Source: a virus
Lineage: Duplodnaviria; Caudoviricetes
Reading direction: 5' to 3' (one strand)
DNA: 44,752 bases
IMG/VR virus record: IMGVR_UViG_3300048575_000161
Coordinates: 1-44,752 of that record
The notes beneath the pieces are model-generated. The model made no database searches. It was not told the DNA's origin and saw only the letters and a list, made by a program, of their open reading frames with translations. This document shows positions 9,177 to 17,667 of this stretch, piece by piece (positions within the stretch are counted from its first letter, which is position 1; each line of letters opens with the position of its first letter). The position numbers were made by a program, and so were the translations under genes.

Positions 9177-10250
9177 TCAGCATGCCTCCTTGTTGAATAG
9201 CGGGCAGTCGCCCAGGATGCGTTCTCGCGCCATCGCCGCATACTTGGGGTTCAGCTCAAATCCTAAAAAATTACGGTCATTGCGCAAGCAGACAACACCC
9301 GTGGTGCCAGATCCGGCAAAGGGATCAAGCACCAGCCCGCCGGGCGGGCAACCGGCAAGTATGCAGGGCTCTATCAACGCCGTGGGGAACGTGGCAAAGT
9401 GGGCCTCGCGAAACGCCTCTGTGGCCACGGTCCACACGCTGCGCTTGTTGCGCGTCTCGGTGACGCAGCGTACGGCCGCCGAGAAAGATTCGTTTTGGCG
9501 TGGTTTTTTTGGTTTTGTTGCATGCGCAACGTCGCGATCCACGTGCATGCGCGAGTTCTTGCCGGGCGTTTTGCCCTTCTCTCTGCCGGCTCGGTGGAAT
9601 GACCCATGGCCACCCGGCCCGGTATCCCAGTTATCAGGCATTTTTCGCGCTTTGGGGTTCACGCCACTCCCTCGGCCGTGCGCGGTGCCGCTGACCGGCT
9701 CCTGCATGGCGTCAAAATCCCAATAATAACGGCGGCTCTTGGCGAGGATAAAAAGATACTCATGCGACTTGGTGCAGCGGTCCCGAGCAGGCTCCGGCGT
9801 GGGGTTCGATTTGAACCATACGATATCCTGGCGTAGCCACCAGCCGTCATCCTGCAACGCAAACGCCAGCCGCCACGGCATGCCCAGCAGGTCTTTAGGC
9901 TTCAGGCCCAGCGTGCGCCTGTCTCGCCCGGAACGGTGCGGGGCGGAACCGCCATGCTGCAAATTCAGTCTTTCGTCGCTTCCCCGCCCGTTACCTGGAT
10001 TGGTGCAATAGGCATCGCCCATGTTGACCCAGCACGTGCCGTGTTTTTTGAGCACGCGGCGCAGTTCGCGAAACAGACTCACCATCAGATCGAGATATTC
10101 CCACAGCGTGGGCTCCAGCCCCATCTGCCCCACCACGTTATAATCCCTCAGCCCCCAATAAGGCGGGCTGGTCACAATGCAATCGACCGACTCGGGCGGC
10201 AACGCGCGCGTTAGCTCCAGGGCATCGCCGATGCGAATTTCAAAACCCAT
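9177..10250 (-). CDS. DNA amino-methyltransferase (N4-C/N6-A, beta class)
   Basis: Catalytic TSPPY near the N-terminus, HFATFP, SAM-binding DPFAGSGT near the C-terminus; start 10250 preferred over track 10292. Confidence 0.93.
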   Translation of the reverse strand: MGFEIRIGDALELTRALPPESVDCIVTSPPYWGLRDYNVVGQMGLEPTLWEYLDLMVSLFRELRRVLKKHGTCWVNMGDAYCTNPGNGRGSDERLNLQHGGSAPHRSGRDRRTLGLKPKDLLGMPWRLAFALQDDGWWLRQDIVWFKSNPTPEPARDRCTKSHEYLFILAKSRRYYWDFDAMQEPVSGTAHGRGSGVNPKARKMPDNWDTGPGGHGSFHRAGREKGKTPGKNSRMHVDRDVAHATKPKKPRQNESFSAAVRCVTETRNKRSVWTVATEAFREAHFATFPTALIEPCILAGCPPGGLVLDPFAGSGTTGVVCLRNDRNFLGFELNPKYAAMARERILGDCPLFNKEAC

Positions 10251-10671
10251 AGCGGTCCATCCGATCCCGGGCGTTCTGTAGCTCCTGTTCATCGACCGAC
10301 CAAAGCCCCTGCGCCCCGCGCCACGGAATCGGAGTTTTGAAGGGCTTCACATTCTCAAGCACCCAACAGCAAGGCCCCATGATGAACGGCCGCTGGTCGG
10401 GATACCGCTTGATCGCCGCTCCCTCCTGCAACACGTCCACCAGGTCACAGGTGGCCAGCGCGGCCTTCAGCGGCAGCTTTTCGAGTGGTCCCAGGAACCG
10501 TTCAAAGAACTGTCGATCTTCATAAGCCAAGGCCCTAATCCACTTTCCAGACAACCCGGCATGAATCAGCAGCGGGCCGCGGTAGCTCGTAAACCAGGTG
10601 CGGTTTTCAATGCGCTTCGGCCCGTGCGTGATGGCGCTGGCATGCGGCTGGCAAACGGTTAAACCCTTCAT
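10240..10671 (-). CDS. ASCH domain protein
   Basis: LTVCQPHASAITHGPKRIENRTW..YRGPLLIHAG...RGAQGLW. Confidence 0.9.
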   Translation of the reverse strand: MKGLTVCQPHASAITHGPKRIENRTWFTSYRGPLLIHAGLSGKWIRALAYEDRQFFERFLGPLEKLPLKAALATCDLVDVLQEGAAIKRYPDQRPFIMGPCCWVLENVKPFKTPIPWRGAQGLWSVDEQELQNARDRMDRYGF

Positions 10672-12206
10672 CCTTCTTGTGCCTCGTGTTCATTGAAATC
10701 TTGTAGCGCAAACGCCGATGCGTACCAGGGGCCATCATCATCGGCCACGTACACCGGCACGGGCCGCCCGGCCCCCGCGAGATCGCCCACCAGTTCAGAG
10801 ATCGTCCGCCCGAAATTGTTGATGATAACACACGCCGAGAACCACGTTTGCATCCGCAGCCAAACCCCGTTCGGCCCAATTCCCTCACAGCGCGAACCGT
10901 CCAAATTAGCCTCAATGGCCTCGCCAAAGTCGGCGATCAACTGATCGCGGATACGAGGCCAGGCGCCGGCCACATTTTTGCGCTCGTCAGCATTCGGCTT
11001 GCGCGCTTCAACAACGCCGCTGCGCGTCGGTTTTTCATCGGCTCGATCTTGCGGCGGCGCCGGCCCGGCAAATCCACGCTTGCGCGTCACGGCCTCTTTT
11101 CGTCCCCGCAAAAGCTCGTCGTGTTTGGACGCCAGGCAGCCATGCAGCGCCCGCGCCGGATCGTCCACCTGCGACGGGTTGGCTTTGCACCAGTCGGCCA
11201 CCTGCAAAAGTTCCTGTTCGACGTTGATCAGTGGCCATGTTTTCTGCATACGCTGACGCCGCGCCGGCGTAATCGCCGCCAGCGCCGCATCAACGCGCGC
11301 CTCCCAGGCCTCGGCCACTTCATCGCCGGCCGCGTTGACGGCCACGATTCGCGCCGATGCTGGCTTGGAATTATCTTTCCCCCCGCCCGGCCCCGCCGTG
11401 TCCGCTTCGGCGGAATCCGCTGAGTTGTCCGCGCCAGCGGCCAGGTGGTCGGGGTGGTTGCGTGGTGGTTCCCCTTGACCGCCGAACGCCCCGGAACCCG
11501 TCGTGGCTGGCGCCGGGCGTTGCTGTGGTGGTGGTACGTGGTCCCGCAGGGCCGGACCGCCGCACGCGTTCGCGCCCGCGGCATCGGCCGCCTGGCGGGA
11601 CTGTCCCCCTTCGGGGGAACCAGAAGGGGGGGATAATAGGGGGGGAGAGATAGGGGGATTGGGGGAAAGAGAGGGGGAGAAAGAAGGGGGGGGAGGGGTC
11701 TCGCACGGCGTACCGACTTGCGAGCACGCCGTCACGCAGTTGGTGTACGCCGTATCCGGATAACGTGACGCCGTGCGCACTGCACTGTTTTTGTGCAAAT
11801 CGCCTGTTTCGGCCTCCGGCGGTGCGGCATTGACCGGCGACCGGCGGCTCGCGCCCGGGATCATGACCCCTTTCATGTCGATGATGCCCCCCTGCGTCTT
11901 GGCGGCGCGGCGGGCACCCACGGCGATATGCTGGGGCCATTCGCTCACTACCAATCGGTACTCGGCACACCGCACCAGCCACGAGCTGGCCACCAGGGCA
12001 TCAACCAGCCGCGCCGCATCATCCGGCGGCCAGCCGATCCACATGGCGACATCCTCATCGCGATAACGGCCGATGTCCCCGCGCGGCGTGTGCTTGTTCG
12101 CGAATAACCAGATTGATTCGAGCAGCCCGGCCGCGCCCCATTGGGGCAGGGCCAGGCTGTCGGCCAACATTCTGAATTCCGCGGTTGATTCTGTGCCTGG
12201 CTTCAT
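10668..12206 (-). CDS. Putative phage replication initiator (N-terminal winged HTH, central helical domain, C-terminal DnaA_N-like domain)
   Basis: N-terminal LA..L...AAGLLESIW...RLVDALV...W pattern of phage initiators; Pro/Ser linker; WPLINVEQEL..W.KANP domain; C-terminus resembles DnaA domain I. Confidence 0.65.
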   Translation of the reverse strand: MKPGTESTAEFRMLADSLALPQWGAAGLLESIWLFANKHTPRGDIGRYRDEDVAMWIGWPPDDAARLVDALVASSWLVRCAEYRLVVSEWPQHIAVGARRAAKTQGGIIDMKGVMIPGASRRSPVNAAPPEAETGDLHKNSAVRTASRYPDTAYTNCVTACSQVGTPCETPPPPSFSPSLSPNPPISPPLLSPPSGSPEGGQSRQAADAAGANACGGPALRDHVPPPQQRPAPATTGSGAFGGQGEPPRNHPDHLAAGADNSADSAEADTAGPGGGKDNSKPASARIVAVNAAGDEVAEAWEARVDAALAAITPARRQRMQKTWPLINVEQELLQVADWCKANPSQVDDPARALHGCLASKHDELLRGRKEAVTRKRGFAGPAPPQDRADEKPTRSGVVEARKPNADERKNVAGAWPRIRDQLIADFGEAIEANLDGSRCEGIGPNGVWLRMQTWFSACVIINNFGRTISELVGDLAGAGRPVPVYVADDDGPWYASAFALQDFNEHEAQEG

Positions 12207-12236
12207 GCCTCAGCCCCTTGCGTCTCGTGTTGTGCC

Positions 12237-13025
12237 TTATGACTGATACTCGCCGCAAACAACCTGGCTGCCCGTCGGCAGTTTTTCGGCCAGCAGCACG
12301 GCAATGGATCGCCGCGCGTCACGCAAGGCCCGCGACAGCCCGCGCGGCGTCAACGTCAACACCAGCGACGGCCTGCCGTCGTCCTTTTCGACATTGATCT
12401 CCAGCACGCATTGCAGCTTCTGCTTGCGCTCGTCGCATTGAAAAAACGGACCTTCGAATTCCCACTGGTTTTTCACGTCCGTGTTATTCGTGCCGCTCGA
12501 AATGCGCAGCTTCGACGATGAGCTGCCCGACACATTGCCCAGCGGGCTGACCTCCAGCATGTCCTGCCCGCTGCTCGACACATTGAGCTGCGAAATGGCC
12601 AGCAACAATTCAAGCGACAGGCAGCCATCCAGGTCACCCATCAGTAGCGAGAAGGCGGTTTTCACGTCCACGCCTTTTGCCAACTGCAGCAGCGCATTCA
12701 GTTCCGGGCTGATCTCTAGCGCGGTCTTGATGACATGCAGGGATTCATTAGGCTCCTGATATCGCGGCACAGCCACGATTTGCGTGGCACCGACAAAGAC
12801 CTGCGGAACTTCAGGCTGTTCGAGTTCTTTGGCTCGGACCAAAAAGTAATTGATTAAATCATCCAGCGTTTCAAGCCGGCGGGATCGCCGCGAAACATCT
12901 GTCCGTTTCAGCGTTTCGAGTTTACCGCCGCCGGTCACGATGAGGCGTTCCAGCTCGGTTTCCAGCAAGATGACCGGCCGGCGTCGGTCATCCAGGTATT
13001 GCAAGGCGTCTTGCGTGAGGCTCAT
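12237..13025 (-). CDS. Hypothetical early protein
   Basis: 262 aa; ATGA-coupled to the upstream gene; LETLDDLINY..VFV pattern as in common prophage two-gene pairs. Confidence 0.7.
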   Translation of the reverse strand: MSLTQDALQYLDDRRRPVILLETELERLIVTGGGKLETLKRTDVSRRSRRLETLDDLINYFLVRAKELEQPEVPQVFVGATQIVAVPRYQEPNESLHVIKTALEISPELNALLQLAKGVDVKTAFSLLMGDLDGCLSLELLLAISQLNVSSSGQDMLEVSPLGNVSGSSSSKLRISSGTNNTDVKNQWEFEGPFFQCDERKQKLQCVLEINVEKDDGRPSLVLTLTPRGLSRALRDARRSIAVLLAEKLPTGSQVVCGEYQS

Positions 13026-13390
13026 TGTGCGTGCTGCTCCTGTTCGTTATTCACATCGAAAATATTAAGTTGTCCCGGCGCGTCGTCCGGGCTGGCGTTC
13101 GGGCTGATCAGCACTTGGCCGTCTTTCACGATGCCGCGTGTAACTGCTCCCTTGGCGCCTGGGGACGTTTTCCCCACGCTCCAGCTCAGTTCGGGCAGGA
13201 ATAACACCTGGCCACTCTTGACGTTGCCCTGCGGCTTGCCGGGCTTCAGCGTAATCTTGAGCGTCACGGTGCGCGCCGCATCGCAGTAAGGGCGATTCGC
13301 CACGTCCGCGCTGATCAGTTCCAGTTCCTTGTTGACCTCGGTCAGCACTTCACCGTGCTCGATGGCCTCCAGGATGATCGGAATCAACAT
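13022..13390 (-). CDS. Hypothetical early protein
   Basis: Start at 13390 with AAAGGAG RBS; conserved-looking AARTVTLKITLKP and GQLNIF motifs. Confidence 0.7.
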   Translation of the reverse strand: MLIPIILEAIEHGEVLTEVNKELELISADVANRPYCDAARTVTLKITLKPGKPQGNVKSGQVLFLPELSWSVGKTSPGAKGAVTRGIVKDGQVLISPNASPDDAPGQLNIFDVNNEQEQHAQ

Positions 13391-13545
13391 CAACCGTTCT
13401 CCTTTTGTTGAAATGGGCGGCACGTGGCCGCCCGGCGGCAAAGCTGCCGCAAAACTCGACGCCACCAGGGCGCCCGCCGGCGATAGGTCACCGCGTGCAG
13501 GCCGCCGAACGAGTGGTGGCGGGTGTCGAAATCGGCCAGATTCAT
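13390..13545 (-). CDS. Small hypothetical protein
   Basis: MNLADFDTRHH...; start and stop overlaps on both sides. Confidence 0.45.
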   Translation of the reverse strand: MNLADFDTRHHSFGGLHAVTYRRRAPWWRRVLRQLCRRAATCRPFQQKENG

Positions 13546-13808
13546 GCGCGTGCTCCGATCTCGGGAAACATCTCCATTTGCAGCATCCCGGGCTGCATGA
13601 CCGGCTTCGCCTTTCGCCCGGCGCGGGGCGTCGGTGTCGGCGCGTCCTGCTCGATCGCGCAGTGCGAGGCACAGACGATGACCCGTCCGCGCCGAATATC
13701 GCGCCGCCTGGCCGTGCGCACCGCCGCCGGCAGCGGGGCCGTGCAATGGCCATAAGGGGTATCAGCCGACCACGCGGCATATCGGCAGGTGTCGCAGCTC
13801 GTCGTCAT
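13542..13808 (-). CDS. Small Cys-containing hypothetical protein
   Basis: MTTSCDTCRY...GHC...C..H; ATGA coupling, GGAGG upstream. Confidence 0.55.
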   Translation of the reverse strand: MTTSCDTCRYAAWSADTPYGHCTAPLPAAVRTARRRDIRRGRVIVCASHCAIEQDAPTPTPRAGRKAKPVMQPGMLQMEMFPEIGARA

Positions 13809-14047
13809 TCCTGCCCTCCAGAAGGCGCTACGGCCGTCATGGCGGCCTTCAGGCGCCGGGCACGGTGCGCATGCGGCCTGGGCGCTGTTTTGCGGCCTGC
13901 GGCCTTGCCGCGCTGATTCCCATGCCATCCCTTGCGCGTGGCAACCCGCCGTTCCACCGGCACCGGCCGGCAGGCGGCCTTGAAGCGCTGCCAGAAAATT
14001 TCGCGGGGTATTTTCGGGGCATCCTGATCGGATGATGTAAACGTCAT
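13805..14047 (-). CDS. Hypothetical protein
   Basis: ATGA overlap with the methyltransferase stop; GGAGG RBS. Confidence 0.5.
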   Translation of the reverse strand: MTFTSSDQDAPKIPREIFWQRFKAACRPVPVERRVATRKGWHGNQRGKAAGRKTAPRPHAHRARRLKAAMTAVAPSGGQE

Positions 14048-15273
14048 GCTGCCGCCTCCAATGCCATTTGGGGAAGATTCGCCCTTACCAGCGCTTCGGC
14101 CAGCGGTGGGCACACGCTGTTGCCGATCATCCTGACCGCGTCGCTCTTGTTGCTGGGCAGCCAGTAGTCGGCGGGGAACCCCTGCGCCAACGCCAGCTCG
14201 CGTGGCGAGAGCATGCGCAGGCCGATGTCCACAATCTGGTAATCAAGTCCCGCCACCGTCACCAGCCCCAGCCGGTCGCGAGTGGTAATCGTACGCAGTG
14301 GATCTTGTGCGCGCTGGCCCACGCCCTGCTTGTAATAGCTGATCAGGAACGCCCTAACCTCGGCGATGTGCTGCCCGCCGCCGGTAATCGTTGGCAACGG
14401 CTCGCGCAAATCCGCGCCGATATTGGTTCCGTAAAACTTGGTTAAGTGAGCTGCCACCAGGCTGTAATGGTGGATCGGCACGATGAACGGCTCGGCCGTC
14501 TCGATCACATATCGCCGCAGCCCCGCCGCGATCCGCCGCAGCGTGTTGTCGGCCAGCGGCCGCTGGCGCTCGAAAATGCTGGGGCAAGGAATGGTCCAAT
14601 CAATGCACTCGGCCGCCGTGCGCCACGGTTGCAACGCCGAACTAAACAGATCGGTCTGCACCGCCGGGCGCGCATGCGTCGGCTCCGGCCACACAATGGG
14701 GGCACCGTCGCAGCGCGCCACCACAAACAGCCGTTTGCGCGTGGTGGGAGCTCCATAATCCGCCGCCACCAGCTCGCGATGCTCTACCTGGTAACCCAGA
14801 TTACGCAACCTGGTGCGCCAGCTCTTAAACGTCACGCCCTTGCGCTCCTGATCGGGCCGTCCATCCGCCCCCAGTGGTCCCCACGTTACAAATTCCTCTA
14901 CATTTTCGAGCATGATTACATCGGGCCGCACATCCTTGGACCACCGGATCGCTTGCCACGCCAGCCCGCGAATGCCCTTTTCAACCGGGCGCCCCCCCTT
15001 GGCCTTGCTGAAGTGTTTGCAGTCCGGGCTCAGCCACAGCAACCCCACGCGCCGCCCGCGGCAGACCTCGCGCGGGGAGACATCATAAACGCTCTCACAC
15101 AGGTGCAGCGTGCCGGGATGATTGCGCGCATGCATGGCCAACGCCGTGGCATCATGGTTGACGGCCACATCAGGCGACCGCCCCAGCGCCAGCTCGATCC
15201 CCGTGCTGGCGCCGCCCCCACCCGCAAACAGATCGATGATCATGGGTTGTTGTTCCGCCACCATGCTCCCCAT
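14044..15273 (-). CDS. DNA (cytosine-5) methyltransferase
   Basis: DLFAGGGG, catalytic SPDCKHFS, ENVEEF, YGAPTTRKRLF, RMLSPRELALAQGFP, IGNSV. Confidence 0.95.
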   Translation of the reverse strand: MGSMVAEQQPMIIDLFAGGGGASTGIELALGRSPDVAVNHDATALAMHARNHPGTLHLCESVYDVSPREVCRGRRVGLLWLSPDCKHFSKAKGGRPVEKGIRGLAWQAIRWSKDVRPDVIMLENVEEFVTWGPLGADGRPDQERKGVTFKSWRTRLRNLGYQVEHRELVAADYGAPTTRKRLFVVARCDGAPIVWPEPTHARPAVQTDLFSSALQPWRTAAECIDWTIPCPSIFERQRPLADNTLRRIAAGLRRYVIETAEPFIVPIHHYSLVAAHLTKFYGTNIGADLREPLPTITGGGQHIAEVRAFLISYYKQGVGQRAQDPLRTITTRDRLGLVTVAGLDYQIVDIGLRMLSPRELALAQGFPADYWLPSNKSDAVRMIGNSVCPPLAEALVRANLPQMALEAAA

Positions 15274-15275
15274 CC

Positions 15276-15548
15276 CTATGCCCCCACTCCCCGCGAATCG
15301 CCCAGCAGCTCGCGATGGCGCCGGTTGTATTCGCGCTTGATCTCATCGTTGCATTTCAGCATCACGCAAATGATTCGCCGGCCACGGTTCAGCCGGTTTT
15401 GAATTCGTTCGGCAACCGCCGGGGCATAGGCGCGCTGTTCCCGCGCATTGGCTTCGATCAGCGCCGCGTGCATCGCCGAAAGCCGTTCCAGCCGCGCCGA
15501 GATCGTGGCCACGCGGCCACCGGCAAAATGAATCACAGCCGTGCTCAT
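15276..15548 (-). CDS. Hypothetical protein
   Basis: MSTAVIHFAGG...; GAAGGA RBS; start shortened from track 15704. Confidence 0.55.
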   Translation of the reverse strand: MSTAVIHFAGGRVATISARLERLSAMHAALIEANAREQRAYAPAVAERIQNRLNRGRRIICVMLKCNDEIKREYNRRHRELLGDSRGVGA

Positions 15549-15742
15549 GGTTTTCAGATCCTTCAAAAGGGGCCGGCGACAGCAACGGGGGGATGTATCG
15601 TAATAGGCCGCCGCCGGCCAGGCGCCCAGCTCATACGAGCAAGGGCACACACTGTTGCCGGGGTTGAATGCTGTACTGATATGGATAGTGCTCAACACGG
15701 GCATCCAATTCCCCCGGCTCGCCCTGCCTGTACAGGCCCGGG

Positions 15743-15976
15743 CTAAACTTCATTCCGCTGCGCATCCGGTTCGGGCGCGTCCAGGCAGAAAAACGCGTCG
15801 GCAATCACTTCCCGCAGCAGCCTCTCGTCGGTTTCGCCTTCGGCGCGCAACACGCTGAGCGCCAACCGTCCCACTTCGTCGGGCGTCAACTCCCCCAGCA
15901 GCAGCGCCGCCGCCCGCGGCGGTGTCTCGGCCGCCGCCAGGTCAACCATTTTCGAAATCAAAACGCGCCTATCCAT
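15743..15976 (-). CDS. Hypothetical protein
   Basis: MDRRVLISKMV...; GGAGG RBS. Confidence 0.6.
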   Translation of the reverse strand: MDRRVLISKMVDLAAAETPPRAAALLLGELTPDEVGRLALSVLRAEGETDERLLREVIADAFFCLDAPEPDAQRNEV

Positions 15977-16187
15977 GCGCCGCCTCCTGCTGCTCGTCCG
16001 CCTCATCCGCCTGCACCGCCCGGCCGCCGTGGATCGCCGCATGATGCTCGGCCGACGCTTTGGCATAGAACCGCGTCGCGCGATTCTTCGGCACCCACTC
16101 AGCGCAGCGTTGCCCGCGATGGCAGCGCAGCTTGACCCACAGAAACAGTCCGCCCGTGGGCGCCTCGACCAGCCATTTGTAATCCAT
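15969..16187 (-). CDS. Hypothetical protein
   Basis: 72 aa; AAGGTG RBS; overlaps the next start. Confidence 0.6.
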   Translation of the reverse strand: MDYKWLVEAPTGGLFLWVKLRCHRGQRCAEWVPKNRATRFYAKASAEHHAAIHGGRAVQADEADEQQEAAHG

Positions 16188-16320
16188 GGTTCACCTTGCT
16201 CCCGGTGCTTTGCCGCGCACCCGGTCCGGGGCGCTCCTGCCTGTCGTCAGGCGCTTTTACCGCCTGCCGCATCGCCTGCTTGAGTTCCTGCGCCAACCAA
16301 CCCGGCATCGTTCGTTTCAT
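16099..16320 (-). CDS. Possible small hypothetical protein
   Basis: AGGAG RBS before ATG 16320, but overlaps the downstream gene by 89 nt. Confidence 0.35.
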   Translation of the reverse strand: MKRTMPGWLAQELKQAMRQAVKAPDDRQERPGPGARQSTGSKVNHGLQMAGRGAHGRTVSVGQAALPSRATLR

Positions 16321-16611
16321 CCCCGTTCTCCTGACTGCCTCGTTCAAGATCGCCCGGAGGGTCGGGACTCCGGGCGTTTGCCGCCTCCCTCACGCATGAC
16401 GCGGGAGAAGCGTCTCTTTCGTGCGCGGGATTACCCCGCGTGGTGCGTATTCGCGGCGGACAATTCAGATTTCCCCCGACCTGGCCAAGTTACCGGCGTC
16501 ATCCGCTTCCGCCGGACTCAATCCCATTACGCTGTACGCACCTTTTCTTTGTGTGGGAATTTCGTGGCGCGGGCCTGATGCAATGGACCTTCTCCCTCGG
16601 TAACGATCCGC

Positions 16612-16684
16612 CGGGATAAGGGAGTCGAACCCCTTCCCCTGCATCAGGGCCATGACCTCATGGCGCCCGTTTCCGGGCTTCCCG
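16612..16684 (-). ncRNA. tRNA-like cloverleaf element without a normal anticodon loop
   Basis: Minus strand: CGGGA closing stem, CCCG-GAAA-CGGG, CCATG-AGGT-CATGG, CCCTG-ATG-CAGGG, T-arm AGGGG-TTCGACT-CCCTT, TCCCG. Confidence 0.55.
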
Positions 16685-16893
16685 CGCCGCGCGGTTACTC
16701 TCCACCGACAAAGCCACGCCTTTGTAATTTTGGGTTGCGCACCCCGCTGAGCCCATCGCGCTGGGCTCTCATCTCTCCGGCGTTCGAGTTTCCGACTTAA
16801 TCGCGCGGGGGTGCCGCCAAGTCACATTCAGCGGCAAATTAGGTTATCGGGCGCATGTCTGGGCAACGAGCGCACCGCCCCCGCGCAAACCTC

Positions 16894-17106
16894 CTACACT
16901 TCCTCGCAGGCAATGGCGGCGTTCGCCGTCATCGTGGCTTCGCGAATTTTCCGAATCGCCGCGGTCTTGTCCGCGCAGTCCGGCACGTTGTCGTCGATCA
17001 CAAGCGCGAACCGCTCGGCAGCCTCGCGAATGCGCTGATAACGCTCAGCCTGATCGCCCTTCGGCGCGTGGTAGGTGAACCAGTTCTTAATGACGCTGGG
17101 AAGCAT
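16894..17106 (-). CDS. Acb2/Tad1-like helical-hairpin protein (candidate anti-defence nucleotide sponge)
   Basis: NWFTYHAPKGDQAERYQRIREAA..FA..I...VP...DKTAAIRKIREATMTANAAIA matches the widespread FTYHAP family; GAAGGA RBS before ATG 17106 (alternative start 17124). Confidence 0.65.
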   Translation of the reverse strand: MLPSVIKNWFTYHAPKGDQAERYQRIREAAERFALVIDDNVPDCADKTAAIRKIREATMTANAAIACEEV

Positions 17107-17443
17107 GGGAAAGAGGTCCTTCATAGATGTATTCCACCGGCACGCCATGGTGCAGGGCCTGCTGAACAAGCTGGATTTCAGTCACTTCCAAAGTATCCAA
17201 CGTAGGGGTTCCATCATTGTCCCGAACATCGAAAGTTTTGCCCTCTTGGCGGAGATACAGGACGCTGATTCGATTAATCGCGTAAATCTGGCCACGCTCG
17301 AAGCCGATCTCATGAGCCAATGTGAAATCACGCTTGTACCAGGCGGAACTCCGCACGCAGTCGATGAAGAATTGCTTGAACCAGTTGATCAGCCGCATCG
17401 CGATCTTAATCCTTTGCGTTTTTGGTGCCTTGGTGTGAGGCAC
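17087..17443 (-). CDS. Hypothetical protein
   Basis: 118-aa ORF in operon orientation, lower GC. Confidence 0.5.
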   Translation of the reverse strand: MPHTKAPKTQRIKIAMRLINWFKQFFIDCVRSSAWYKRDFTLAHEIGFERGQIYAINRISVLYLRQEGKTFDVRDNDGTPTLDTLEVTEIQLVQQALHHGVPVEYIYEGPLSHASQRH

Positions 17444-17449
17444 GGAAAT

Positions 17450-17665
17450 CTACAGCGCCGGGTATTGCGCGCCGCGCTGCATTACCCGCCGGCACTCGCG
17501 GCAATAGCCATGGCTGCCCTGGCGCTGCTCGGCCGGTGTGGCCAGCCGCTTCCAGCGATACCCCCGCCGCATCACATGCCCGCAGATCGAACAGATGCGT
17601 ACCATGCGCTCGTTGCCCCCTGGCTTAAGCCCCGCCGTCAATCGCCGCGCCAGTTCACTCATCAT
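17450..17665 (-). CDS. Small zinc-finger-like protein
   Basis: CSIC...SHGYCREC; AAGGAGG RBS. Confidence 0.65.
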   Translation of the reverse strand: MMSELARRLTAGLKPGGNERMVRICSICGHVMRRGYRWKRLATPAEQRQGSHGYCRECRRVMQRGAQYPAL

Positions 17666-17667
17666 GC

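Noticed and set aside
16345-16890. CRISPR mini-array or DGR template repeat in the non-coding block
   Set aside because: No regularly spaced direct repeats, no reverse transcriptase in the genome, and no adenine-specific variant copy seen.
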